A program made the translations under genes and the position numbers. Below the pieces are notes generated by a model that was not told the DNA's origin, did no database searches, and saw only the letters and a list, made by a program, of their open reading frames with translations. 64,000 bases of DNA from a virus (lineage: Duplodnaviria > Heunggongvirae > Uroviricota > Caudoviricetes). The stretch lies in IMG/VR virus record IMGVR_UViG_3300031555_004037. The stretch is one strand, 5' to 3'. This document shows, piece by piece, positions 29,971-39,885 of this stretch; the stretch's first letter is position 1, and the number at the start of each line of letters is the position of its first letter.

Positions 29971-30870
29971 ATGACATTAGCAAATAAGTATAGACCTACC
30001 GATTTGAAAACAGTAGTAGGACAAGAAGTTGTATGTAAAGTATTAAACAAACAAGTTGAAAATAATTCATATAGCCACGCAATTTTATTTTCTGGTAATG
30101 CAGGTTGTGGTAAAACCACTTGTGCTAGAATTTTTGCAAATGAAATTAATGGGGATATAATTGAATTAGATTGTGCTACACATAATGGTGTTGCTGAAAT
30201 TAAGGATATTGTAGATAATGCTAGAAATAAATCTTTAATTCATAATTATAAGGTTTTTATATTAGATGAGTGTCAATGTTTAACATCTCAAGCGTGGTCA
30301 TCTTTACTAATTGTATTAGAAGAAAATATTGAACATTCTATATTCATCTTTTGTACTACTGACGCACAGAAAATTCCTAATACTATTATTAGTAGAGTAC
30401 AAAGATTTAATTTCTTACCTATTAGAGAAAATGTTATTATAGATAGATTAAAGTATGTATGTAATAATGAACATATTACTTTTGATGAAGAGGGATTAAA
30501 ATATATTGCAAATTCTGCTAATGGAAATTTAAGACAAGCATTAACTAATTTAGATAAATGTATTTTATATGATGAAAATATCAATAGAGAGAATGTTTGT
30601 AAAGCACTTAATATAGTCACTTATGATGTATTATCAAATTTATATAATGCGTTTTCTTTAAATGATAGAGTTGGTATTATTGATACGATTGAAAATGTTT
30701 ATAGAAATGGATATAACTTACATCAATTTGTCAGACAATTTTTAGATTATGCTTTAAAGCACGATAATTTAGATTTAATTGAAAGATTACTTGTTATTTT
30801 ACAAGATATTAGATATGATGATATGCCTAAAAATATCATTATTGCTAGACTTATTATTGGGGGAAAGTAA
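29971..30870 (+). CDS. dnaX: Clamp-loader ATPase subunit, DnaX gamma-like
   Basis: KYRP, G.AGCGKTT, FILDEC, TIISRVQRF. Confidence 0.88.
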   Translation: MTLANKYRPTDLKTVVGQEVVCKVLNKQVENNSYSHAILFSGNAGCGKTTCARIFANEINGDIIELDCATHNGVAEIKDIVDNARNKSLIHNYKVFILDECQCLTSQAWSSLLIVLEENIEHSIFIFCTTDAQKIPNTIISRVQRFNFLPIRENVIIDRLKYVCNNEHITFDEEGLKYIANSANGNLRQALTNLDKCILYDENINRENVCKALNIVTYDVLSNLYNAFSLNDRVGIIDTIENVYRNGYNLHQFVRQFLDYALKHDNLDLIERLLVILQDIRYDDMPKNIIIARLIIGGK

Positions 30871-30871
30871 A

Positions 30872-31501
30872 ATGGAACAACAGACTAATTTAATTGCTAA
30901 ATTAAAAAGTCACTTACCTAATAATTTAATAATAGTTGGACCTAAATATAGTGGTAAAAAAACATTAGTGTCAGAATTATTTCCTGATTTTTATTTTGTG
31001 GACGGTAAAGTTGAAAATATTCGTAATTTATCACAAGGAGATTATGTTTTTGCAGATATAGATGATTGGTCACAAGCAAGTTATAGTGCTATGTTGAAAT
31101 TATTAGAAGAAAATGAAGACCATATTATTATTACTTGCAAAAATATTATGAATTTACCTCGTTCTATTCAATCAAGATGTATTATAGAACATATGGAAAA
31201 TTATAAAGATATTGCAGATTATTGTGATAGTATAGGTCAACATTTATTATTTACAAAGGAAATGCTAACTGATATTGATAAATTTATATATAAAGAAGAA
31301 TATGATTTTGATGTTTATTTTTCTGTATTATGTAATAGACTTTTAGATAGAATTAAAAATGGAGAAGATTTATATAGAGAATATTTAATTTCTAGTAAAT
31401 ATAATTCTCAAAAAAATTTAAAATCACTTAATAAGAAACAATTTGTTGTGAATTGGCAATTCGATTTAAAAAGTTTAAGTAATGAATGGGAGAGATTATA
31501 A
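30872..31501 (+). CDS. Clamp-loader delta-prime-like subunit
   Basis: GPKYSGKKT, MLKLLEE, SIQSRC; adjacent to dnaX. Confidence 0.7.
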   Translation: MEQQTNLIAKLKSHLPNNLIIVGPKYSGKKTLVSELFPDFYFVDGKVENIRNLSQGDYVFADIDDWSQASYSAMLKLLEENEDHIIITCKNIMNLPRSIQSRCIIEHMENYKDIADYCDSIGQHLLFTKEMLTDIDKFIYKEEYDFDVYFSVLCNRLLDRIKNGEDLYREYLISSKYNSQKNLKSLNKKQFVVNWQFDLKSLSNEWERL

Positions 31502-32302
31502 ATGACAGGACAAGAATTTAAAGCAATATTAGATAGTAAAACTAATATACAAAATGTGTATATAATAGAAACTATTGATAGTGCTATGATAGATTTATAT
31601 ATACATAGATATAAATTGTCTTTGGACGCAAATAAAGTAGTTTTTGGACAATTTGTACCTGATATGAAATTACTTAAACAGACAGTTGTAAGTGTTAATA
31701 ACTATAAGAATTTAAAAGATATACCTACTAATATATTTGAGTATGATAATCGTTATCATATTTTATGTTTTGTAGAGAATGTAGATAAAAGAGCGTCTTT
31801 ATATAAACAATATAAAGATAGATTTATTGAAATTTCAAATGATTATACAAAATATATTATGGATAATAGTAATTTATCAAAGGAAGAGGCTATTGTATTT
31901 GCAAAGGCAAGTAATAATGATTTTGGTATTATAAAAAGTCGTTTAGATACTTACAAATTATCAAATTATTCGTATAATAGATTTACAAACTATCATTCAG
32001 ATATATATGAATGGGTAGAAAATTTTATAAAAAAGCAACCATTACCTAAAGTAGTTGATTCTCCTATTAGTGTAATGGCATTATTGTCTACAAATTGTCA
32101 AAATATATTAAAAGTAAAACAGAATGATATAAAAGGAATGAACCCTTATGTTATAAAATGCTTACAACCATTATTAAATTGTAGAACTGAAAGTGAGTTG
32201 GTACATATAATAAATGATTGTTTTTATTTAGATTGTAATATAAAAAAGGGTTTAATTGATGTTGATGATACATTAAAAATATTGATTAGAAAATATAAAT
32301 AG
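31502..32302 (+). CDS. Putative clamp-loader delta-like subunit
   Basis: Position and size; weak motif evidence. Confidence 0.4.
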   Translation: MTGQEFKAILDSKTNIQNVYIIETIDSAMIDLYIHRYKLSLDANKVVFGQFVPDMKLLKQTVVSVNNYKNLKDIPTNIFEYDNRYHILCFVENVDKRASLYKQYKDRFIEISNDYTKYIMDNSNLSKEEAIVFAKASNNDFGIIKSRLDTYKLSNYSYNRFTNYHSDIYEWVENFIKKQPLPKVVDSPISVMALLSTNCQNILKVKQNDIKGMNPYVIKCLQPLLNCRTESELVHIINDCFYLDCNIKKGLIDVDDTLKILIRKYK

Positions 32303-32311
32303 GAGGGAATT

Positions 32312-33820
32312 ATGTTACCTATTCGATTTTTACCATCAGTTAGTGATAAGATAAAAGATAAAGAATTGGCTGATAAATTAAAAGCAGATAAGAAAAAGAC
32401 TAGATTAAGTAAAAGTAATGTTGTTGATATGATTGAGTTAATTCGTCAAGATGTAGAAAAGTCATTGGGAAAATATGCAGACCAATATCGTTGTATTACT
32501 ACTGTAGAAGAATTACAAGAATATATCAATAAAGCAAATGAACACGGATATATTGCTATTGATACAGAAACAACAGGACTTAATCCTATGGTTGATAAAA
32601 TTGTAGGACTTTGTTTGTATTTTCCTGGTGAAAAGGGTGTATATGTACCTATCAATCATTTAGATTATTTTACAGGTATTAGATTAGATAATCAGTTATC
32701 CGAAGAAGATATTAAACCTATTTTAGAACAGTTGACAGCAAGAATTATTATGCACAATGCACAGTTTGATATTAGAGTTATAAAACATACTATAAAGGTT
32801 AAATTAAAGTGTTGGTGGGATACGCAGATTGCGTCAACTTTATTAGACGAAAATGAATCACATAGACTTAAAGATTTACATAGTAAATATGTGAGTGGGG
32901 AAGAAGAAAAATCATTTAGTGATTTATTTGGTAATACAACATTTACAGATATTCCTATTGAATATGCTTATTTATATGCAGTTCACGATGCAGTTGATAC
33001 TTTTGATTTATTTATGTATCAAAGACCTTTATTAAACAATAAGAGAGAACAAGAAGACGATAGAGATATGTATTGGTTATTTACTAATGTTGAAATGCCT
33101 ATGGTTGATGTTATTGTAGCATTAGAAGATGTTGGTGTTTCTGTAGATGTTGAATATCTTGATACATTAAAAGAGAAATATCATAATAATTTAAAAGTAG
33201 CATTAGATAAATGTTATTCAGAATTAGAATTATATAAAGATAAAATTGATAAGTATAATGCTACTCATTATGAAAAGCCACTTAAAACACCATTAAATAT
33301 TGGTTCTCCGTCACAATTAGCAATTTTATTCTATGATATTCTTAAAGCAAAAGAATTAAAGGGTAAAGGTGCTAGAAGTACCGATGTTGATATGATGAAT
33401 TATTGGAAAGAAAAATATCCTATTGCAAAGGCTATTTTGGAATATAGAGCAGCACAGAAAATTGCATCTACTTATATAGATAATATTTATGATATTATTC
33501 ATACTGACGGTAGAGTACATACACATTTTCATTCTAATGGTGCTAAAACAGGTCGTATGAGTTCTAGTGACCCATTAAATTTACAGAATATTCCGTCACA
33601 TAATGAAGATATTCGTAAAATGTTTGTTGGACAAACTACTTATAGAGATGTAGATAAGCGTGACGATGGTGCTTATATTTTCGATAGACAAGAAGAAATT
33701 GAATTATCAGACGGAACTTGGCAATGGGTTGAATTGATTAAAGTTGGAGATAAATTGTCTAGTGGGGAAATTGTTAAAGCAGTTAAAATTAAAGACTTTA
33801 AAGTATTATTAGGTGTTTAA
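32312..33820 (+). CDS. polA: Split family-A DNA polymerase, N-terminal part (3'-5' exonuclease, thumb)
   Basis: IDTETTGL, MHNAQFD, YAVHDA, NIGSPSQL, TGRMSSSDPLNLQNIP. Confidence 0.92.
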   Translation: MLPIRFLPSVSDKIKDKELADKLKADKKKTRLSKSNVVDMIELIRQDVEKSLGKYADQYRCITTVEELQEYINKANEHGYIAIDTETTGLNPMVDKIVGLCLYFPGEKGVYVPINHLDYFTGIRLDNQLSEEDIKPILEQLTARIIMHNAQFDIRVIKHTIKVKLKCWWDTQIASTLLDENESHRLKDLHSKYVSGEEEKSFSDLFGNTTFTDIPIEYAYLYAVHDAVDTFDLFMYQRPLLNNKREQEDDRDMYWLFTNVEMPMVDVIVALEDVGVSVDVEYLDTLKEKYHNNLKVALDKCYSELELYKDKIDKYNATHYEKPLKTPLNIGSPSQLAILFYDILKAKELKGKGARSTDVDMMNYWKEKYPIAKAILEYRAAQKIASTYIDNIYDIIHTDGRVHTHFHSNGAKTGRMSSSDPLNLQNIPSHNEDIRKMFVGQTTYRDVDKRDDGAYIFDRQEEIELSDGTWQWVELIKVGDKLSSGEIVKAVKIKDFKVLLGV

Positions 33821-33838
33821 ATTTAGGGGGTAATAAAA

Positions 33839-34114
33839 ATGTTTGATAATGATTTAATTAAAACTGATGAACAACCTGATTGGGATGAATATGATATTGA
33901 TTGGAAAGAAATGGATTGGGATAAATATGAAGTAAAATCAAGAAATAAAAATATCAAATTATCCATAATTATTGCTTTAATAATTTGTAATATCTTATTA
34001 CTTTGTCAGTTATTATTTTATGTATCTACACAAAATAACTTAAATTCAGAAAATTATATCATAGATGATACTTATTCTGTAAGTTATATTGAAAAGAATG
34101 TGAAGAATAATTAA
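33839..34114 (+). CDS. Small membrane protein between the polymerase halves
   Basis: DW-rich acidic N-terminus, one TM segment. Confidence 0.6.
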   Translation: MFDNDLIKTDEQPDWDEYDIDWKEMDWDKYEVKSRNKNIKLSIIIALIICNILLLCQLLFYVSTQNNLNSENYIIDDTYSVSYIEKNVKNN

Positions 34115-34128
34115 GAAAGGAGATATAT

Positions 34129-35226
34129 ATGATTAAGGCAAGAACACGAAGAATTATACAAGGTGCTGACTATAGTGCCCAAGAGCCTAGAGTGTTATCA
34201 ATGCTTTGTGGTGACGAGGGTATGTTACAAGCATATAGAGATGGAAAAGATTTATATGTAGAAATTGCTGCTATTGCTATGCACTTAAATTATAATGAAT
34301 GTTTAGAGCATTTTCCAAAGGGAACACCTATTAAAAATGTAGATGGCAAATGGTATTATGCTTTACATAAAGAAACAAATATGGTTGCCCCTAAATGTGA
34401 TTATAGTGATGTAAATGTTGAAGATTATGATTATGATAAATTAGCAGATGGAGAAACTGATACTTTTAAAGACGGAAAAGAGCGTAGAGGACAAGCAAAG
34501 AAAATTCTGCTTGGTATTATGTATGGTCGTGGGGAAAATTCTATTGCAGAACAATTAGGTTGTGATGTAGAAGAGGCAAGAGATATTAAAAATAATGTTT
34601 ATGACGCATTTCCAAAGATTAAGGTATTTGAAAGAGATTCTCAACTTATGGTTAAAAATTTAGGATATGTAACTACTTTATGGGGTAGAAAAAGAAGATT
34701 ACCTAATTATAATTTACCACCATTTACATTCTACTATTTAGACAACTATGGAAATATTAGAAGAGATACCTCTGTACCTAATGATATTAAAGAAAAATTA
34801 ACAAATAAATTAAATACAATGTTTTGGAAATCTCGACTTAATTTTATTGAAGAACTTAAAATTAAAGAAAAGATTTTAGTTATTGATAATGGAAATAAGA
34901 TTGCTGATGCTAGTAGACAGATTATCAATTCAAGAGTACAAGGTAGTTCTGCTGATATGAGTAAATTAGCACTTATTAAAATTCATAATGACGAAGAATT
35001 AAGTAATCGTGGTGTAAGAACAATTATTCCTGTTCACGATGAAATTCTTATTGAAACACCATTAAGATATGCTAGATATGTTAAAAAGAGATTTGCCGAA
35101 GATATGGAAACTGCTGCCAAGCCTAAATTAACTATTCCTGTATGTTGTGATGTTGTTTCAGCAGAAAGATGGTATGGAGAAGAACTTGAATTGAATGAAA
35201 TTTTAAGTGATTTGCCAGAGGTATAA
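34129..35226 (+). CDS. polA: Split family-A DNA polymerase, C-terminal part (motifs A, B, C)
   Basis: ADYSAQEPR, KKILLGIMYG, VQGSSAD, VHDEIL; own AAGGAG SD. Confidence 0.92.
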   Translation: MIKARTRRIIQGADYSAQEPRVLSMLCGDEGMLQAYRDGKDLYVEIAAIAMHLNYNECLEHFPKGTPIKNVDGKWYYALHKETNMVAPKCDYSDVNVEDYDYDKLADGETDTFKDGKERRGQAKKILLGIMYGRGENSIAEQLGCDVEEARDIKNNVYDAFPKIKVFERDSQLMVKNLGYVTTLWGRKRRLPNYNLPPFTFYYLDNYGNIRRDTSVPNDIKEKLTNKLNTMFWKSRLNFIEELKIKEKILVIDNGNKIADASRQIINSRVQGSSADMSKLALIKIHNDEELSNRGVRTIIPVHDEILIETPLRYARYVKKRFAEDMETAAKPKLTIPVCCDVVSAERWYGEELELNEILSDLPEV

Positions 35227-35236
35227 AGGGGATGAT

Positions 35237-35893
35237 TTGTTGGAAATTGCAGTTGTAATTCCCTGTTATAATGAAGAACAAACAATTTCAAATGTAATTA
35301 AAGATTATCAACAATATTTTAATACTATATATGTAATTGATAATAATAGTATAGATAAAACTTATGAAATTGCAAAGAATTGTGGTGCTATTGTATTGAA
35401 AGAGAATATTCAAGGCAAAGGTGCTACAATTCGTTCTGCCTTTAATAAAATAAATGCAGACATTATTGTTTTAACAGACGGAGATAGTACATATTTAGCA
35501 AAAGATAGTAATATATTATGTAATTATTTAATAGAAAATGATTTAGATATGGTTATAGGAAATAGATTAAATTCTGGTTATTTTAAGAAACATCAAATTA
35601 TACACGGAATAGGAAATAGTTTATTAAGTAAATTAGCCACTAAAAAATTAAATGTATCTATTAAGGATTTATTATCAGGAAGTAGAGTTCTAAAGAGAAC
35701 ATTTTACCAAAATATTGATATAATAGATAATGGATTTGAAATTGAAACAGAATTAACTAAACATTGTGTATTAAATAATTATAAATTAGAATTTATAGAT
35801 ATTGATTATTTAAAAAGACCTAAAAATAGTAAATCGTCTATAAATACATTTAAAGACGGTTTTAAAATATTAAAAGTTTTATTAAGGGGATAA
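35237..35893 (+). CDS. Family-2 glycosyltransferase
   Basis: VIPCYNEE, IDNNSID, GKG, TDGD, GFEIETE. Confidence 0.88.
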   Translation: MLEIAVVIPCYNEEQTISNVIKDYQQYFNTIYVIDNNSIDKTYEIAKNCGAIVLKENIQGKGATIRSAFNKINADIIVLTDGDSTYLAKDSNILCNYLIENDLDMVIGNRLNSGYFKKHQIIHGIGNSLLSKLATKKLNVSIKDLLSGSRVLKRTFYQNIDIIDNGFEIETELTKHCVLNNYKLEFIDIDYLKRPKNSKSSINTFKDGFKILKVLLRG

Positions 35894-35913
35894 GGGATTG
35901 AGAGGAACATAAA

Positions 35914-36141
35914 ATGAAAGAAAGAATTAAATTACAACCTACGGTTCGTTTAACTAATGTAAACGGACACTATTTTATTGAACAAATACCTATTCAAATT
36001 GAATGTGATAGTAATGTTTGTGGTTATAGAATTATAAATTTCATATCTACAACAGGTAAAAGGCGTTCATTTAGAGTAAATTGGTATTCAAAACATAGAC
36101 CTATTAAAATGGGTTTATATGGAATAATTTTAAGAAAGTGA
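35914..36141 (+). CDS. Hypothetical protein
   Basis: ORF, SD. Confidence 0.55.
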   Translation: MKERIKLQPTVRLTNVNGHYFIEQIPIQIECDSNVCGYRIINFISTTGKRRSFRVNWYSKHRPIKMGLYGIILRK

Positions 36142-36152
36142 GATTAAAAAGA

Positions 36153-36653
36153 ATGATTGAATTTATTAAAACAAGAAATGTAAAACTTCCTATTAGAAAT
36201 GAACTTGAAAATGCAGGTATTGATGTATTTATTCCAGAAAAGGATAGTTATACCGAAGAAGAATTAAAGAAATTTGGAGAGAATGTAATTATTGACGGAA
36301 ATACAATTACTGTAGCACCTTATTCGGATGTACTAATTCCTGGTGGTATTAAGAGTAAATTCCCTAACAATATGGCTTTAATTGCACATAACAAATCAGG
36401 AATTGCTACAAAGAAGAAACTTATTGTTGGTGCTTGTGTTATTGATAGTTCTTATCAAGGAGAATGGTTTTATAATTTAATTAACACTTCTAATGAACCA
36501 CAGACTATTGAATTTGGACAGAAAATTGTTCAGTATGTACCACAGATGATTTATTTTGACAAGATTGTAGTACATTCAAATATGACAGAAGAAGAGTTTT
36601 ATACAAATACAACATCTCGTGGAGATGGTGCTTTTGGTAGTACAGGAGTATAA
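36153..36653 (+). CDS. dut: Trimeric dUTPase
   Basis: AGIDV, KSG, IDSSYQGE, RGDGAFGSTG. Confidence 0.92.
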   Translation: MIEFIKTRNVKLPIRNELENAGIDVFIPEKDSYTEEELKKFGENVIIDGNTITVAPYSDVLIPGGIKSKFPNNMALIAHNKSGIATKKKLIVGACVIDSSYQGEWFYNLINTSNEPQTIEFGQKIVQYVPQMIYFDKIVVHSNMTEEEFYTNTTSRGDGAFGSTGV

Positions 36654-36671
36654 ATATTAAGGGGGAAATTT

Positions 36672-37748
36672 ATGAAAATAGACGCTAATAAATTTAAAGA
36701 GTGTTTATCTATTTTAGGATTAGCAGTATCAAAAAATATTTCAGATAGACCTATTACAAGAACTGTTGAATTATCAGTTACCGATAATGTTTTATGGGGA
36801 TATTCTTGTGATAAATTGAATAATATTCAATTAAAGATTTGTGATACAACAGAAGATTTTTCTATTGTAGTAGATTATGCAACCTTATATGATGTTGTGA
36901 AGAATTGTGAGGGCGATATTGAAATTAAGACAAAGAAAGATGTTTTATCTGTTAAAACTGCTACAATGTCTTGTAAATTACCTAGTCGTGCTTCAAATGA
37001 TACTACCAAAATGCCTAGACCTGTTTGGGAAGAAGATAAAGCAACAGATATTGATTTTTCAGATATTGAAAATGTATTACCATTAAGTAAAACTATTATT
37101 GACCCTAATTTTACAGTTAATGCTTATAGAAATATTTGTTTTAATGAGAATGTTATGGTATCAGATACAAGTAATGCAGCAATTCTGAAAAAGAACATTT
37201 TTGGAATGGAAAATGGGGAATATGTTCAGTTTATATTAAGACAAGAAAGTGTGGATATATTAAACATATTAGGAGAATGTAAATATCACACAACAGAACA
37301 TCAAATGCCATCATCAAATAGAAAAGTTAAGTTTTTACATATTAGAAATAATGATGAAACAATGTTTATCAATATTATTCCAGATACAATGTCTAGTGAA
37401 TATCAATATAATGATATTATGGACTTATTTGATATTGATATGAAATATAGTGTTGTTATTGACCACGATATTTTAGCAAAGGCATATACTTTAAGTAAAT
37501 TATTTTTAGGTAATACAATTTTAGTATTTAATAATGATGGTGTAACACTTAAAGTAGAAGAATCAGATTTTAGTTATAATATTACAGATGCCCCTTGTGA
37601 TTCATATACTTATAAGATTACTGAAAGTGTAATGAAGAAATTATTATCAATTAAGGGAGATATTAAACTCTATTTTGACGAAAATCCATTCTTTAAATGT
37701 GTTTTTAATGATAGTGAAATGATTATTGGGGTTGATTTGGTAGAATAG
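36672..37748 (+). CDS. Putative beta-type sliding clamp (DnaN-like)
   Basis: 358 aa, DnaN-like N-terminus, in clamp-loader operon. Confidence 0.6.
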   Translation: MKIDANKFKECLSILGLAVSKNISDRPITRTVELSVTDNVLWGYSCDKLNNIQLKICDTTEDFSIVVDYATLYDVVKNCEGDIEIKTKKDVLSVKTATMSCKLPSRASNDTTKMPRPVWEEDKATDIDFSDIENVLPLSKTIIDPNFTVNAYRNICFNENVMVSDTSNAAILKKNIFGMENGEYVQFILRQESVDILNILGECKYHTTEHQMPSSNRKVKFLHIRNNDETMFINIIPDTMSSEYQYNDIMDLFDIDMKYSVVIDHDILAKAYTLSKLFLGNTILVFNNDGVTLKVEESDFSYNITDAPCDSYTYKITESVMKKLLSIKGDIKLYFDENPFFKCVFNDSEMIIGVDLVE

Positions 37749-37752
37749 GAGA

Positions 37753-38310
37753 GTGATTATAATGTTAAAGTTTTTTCAAAACAAATGGGTTAGAAAATGT
37801 TTAATATTAGTGATTATTTTATCCTTTATTGGTTCTGCTTATATGTATATTTATATAAGTAGAACTAATATGCAAACTTCACAAGTATTTGTTTGTGATA
37901 ATCCAAAACATCATTCTGATTTTGATAATTGGATATTAAATGATTGTAATGTAAAATGGGTTCCTTCCTATATTATTATTTATAATGATACTGTAATTGG
38001 TACTATTGATGGTAATATTGAAGAAGAAGATTTTACAAGTAAATTAGGAACAATAATCATAAATGGTTTTGAATTGTGTAAAGTACCTAATTATGAAATT
38101 ACTAATTTAGACGGTAATTCTTATACTTTATCAGAACTAACACCTAAAAAAGATGAAATTTATATATTAGAAATTAGTTGGGCTAATTGTGAAGACTGTG
38201 AGTTACAAGATGAATTATATACAAACTCAATTTATTGGAAATACTCAACTAATAATATTATTAGATATTATATAAATTCAGAAAAATATGATGTTAAAGA
38301 ATTATATTAA
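37753..38310 (+). CDS. Membrane-anchored thioredoxin-like protein
   Basis: TM segment, WVPS cis-Pro-like, SWANCEDC. Confidence 0.6.
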   Translation: MIIMLKFFQNKWVRKCLILVIILSFIGSAYMYIYISRTNMQTSQVFVCDNPKHHSDFDNWILNDCNVKWVPSYIIIYNDTVIGTIDGNIEEEDFTSKLGTIIINGFELCKVPNYEITNLDGNSYTLSELTPKKDEIYILEISWANCEDCELQDELYTNSIYWKYSTNNIIRYYINSEKYDVKELY

Positions 38311-38324
38311 GGGGGTAATTTATT

Positions 38325-38498
38325 ATGAAAAAGGAAAGATTAGAGTTTATTAAATCTACAAAAAATACAGTTGTTTATGGAAATGATACAATTCCTACTG
38401 TTTATTTACCTAAAGAATTTTTAGAGAAATCAGGTATAGATACGGTTTTAGATGAATTTCCAAAGGCAATTTTGCTTAATATTGAATTTGAAAATTAA
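38325..38498 (+). CDS. Small hypothetical protein (57 aa)
   Basis: Manual ORF, SD. Confidence 0.55.
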   Translation: MKKERLEFIKSTKNTVVYGNDTIPTVYLPKEFLEKSGIDTVLDEFPKAILLNIEFEN

Positions 38499-38669
38499 AA
38501 ATTTTTAAAAAATTTTATAAAAAGTGTAAACATTTAGAAAAAATGTTGTTATAATGGTAAATATAAAGAATATCTCAATTCTTTGATTTATTTGTTTTTT
38601 GCATAATTGAGTTCTTCCTTAAAACTTTAGAATTACAAGTTTTCTCGTTTTTAGCGTAATTCAAAATAT

Positions 38670-38742
38670 TCTCGTTTAGCCCAGTTGGTAGGGCACTTGA
38701 CTTTTAATCAAGGTGTCACGGGTTCAAGTCCCGTAACGGGAA
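38670..38742 (+). tRNA. tRNA-Lys(TTT)
   Basis: Cloverleaf, CTTGA-CT TTT AA-TCAAG. Confidence 0.93.
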
Positions 38743-38888
38743 CTTACCATAAGTGATTATAACTTATTGGTATTTTGCTATGTAGAAAGAATAAAATAGT
38801 AGTTTATTTCTTTCGTCCTCCCTTTATATGCCCACTTAATTGTGGGCATAACCCTTGTGTTATCGTCTTTATAGACTTAACAATATAT

Positions 38889-38959
38889 TGGGGTATGGTG
38901 TAAAGGTAACACATCAGACTTTGACTCTGACATTGTAGGTTCGATTCCTACTACCCTAG
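38889..38959 (+). tRNA. tRNA-Gln(TTG)
   Basis: TCAGA-CT TTG AC-TCTGA. Confidence 0.93.
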
Positions 38960-38984
38960 TTTTATAAAAATTAAATATTTTTTG

Positions 38985-39013
38985 TTTACAAATTAAAAAT
39001 TGTGTGTTATAAT
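38985..39013 (+). promoter_or_regulatory. SigA-type promoter
   Basis: TTTACA-N17-TATAAT, TG extension. Confidence 0.8.
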
Positions 39014-39059
39014 AAATTCAACTTAATCGGAAAAGATAAAGAAAGGTAGGGAATTTATT

Positions 39060-39233
39060 ATGAACAACAAATTTATTGAAACATTGAAAAATTTAGGTAT
39101 TATTTTACTCGTGATGTTAGTTCTTATCGGACTTTACTTCTTGGGTGGTTATGGTAAATCAAATGGTTATTATGCAGCTGACCCTAATGATGTAAATGGA
39201 GATGGTTTCTATTACATTTGGGTAGAAGAATAA
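39060..39233 (+). CDS. Small membrane protein (57 aa)
   Basis: Manual ORF after promoter, SD, one TM. Confidence 0.6.
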   Translation: MNNKFIETLKNLGIILLVMLVLIGLYFLGGYGKSNGYYAADPNDVNGDGFYYIWVEE

Positions 39234-39423
39234 TACATAAATACATAAATGGAGATATACTACTTGGTAGTTGAGTTAATTTCTTTATAGAAATAACTTA
39301 TGAACTCATAATTCATTATCTCTACTAGGGATAGTATAAACTTTAGACCTATTAGTAATCCCAAAAAATATACAAGTGGAATAGGCACACAAAATAAATT
39401 CATAATTATGGAGGAAATTTTTT

Positions 39424-39717
39424 ATGAACAAGACAGAGTTAGTTGCAGCAATGGCAGCAAAGACAGGAGCAACAAAGACAAGCACAGAGCAGGCACTTAA
39501 CGCATTTATGGATGTAGTTAAGGAAACTTGTCAGAGTGGCGATTCAGTAGCCCTCATTGGGTTTGGTACATTCTCTGTTGCAGAGAGAGCAGCACGAAAG
39601 GGTAAGAATCCACAGACAGGCGAGATTATTAAAATAAAGGCTTGTAAAGCACCGAAGTTTAAGGCTGGTAAGGCTTTCAAGGAGCAGGTTAATACAAAGC
39701 CTAAGAAGAAGAAGTAA
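39424..39717 (+). CDS. hup: DNA-binding protein HU
   Basis: MNKTELV, GFGTF, RKGKNPQTG, PKFKAGK. Confidence 0.95.
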   Translation: MNKTELVAAMAAKTGATKTSTEQALNAFMDVVKETCQSGDSVALIGFGTFSVAERAARKGKNPQTGEIIKIKACKAPKFKAGKAFKEQVNTKPKKKK

Positions 39718-39732
39718 TCATTTTATTCTCTT

Positions 39733-39773
39733 AAATTAGTCTGTGTGAATTATTTTGCACAGGCTAATTTTTT
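39733..39773 (+). terminator. Intrinsic terminator after hup
   Basis: AATTAGTCTGTGTG/TGCACAGGCTAATT + T tract. Confidence 0.8.
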
Positions 39774-39804
39774 GGAAAAAATTTGTATTTTTTAGAAAAA
39801 ATTG

Positions 39805-39833
39805 TTGACAAATGAAAAAAATTGTATTATAAT
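39805..39833 (+). promoter_or_regulatory. SigA-type promoter (sigma factor gene)
   Basis: TTGACA-N17-TATAAT. Confidence 0.85.
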
Positions 39834-39885
39834 GTTTATATAGAATGTGAGAAGATTAAAAGATATACAAAGGGAGGCAATTTAT

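Noticed and set aside
34300-34490. Intein in polA-C (HFPKGTPIKNVDGKW resembles block A)
   Set aside because: About 55 aa, no block B or terminal HN; falls in a fingers loop that is variable in phage PolA
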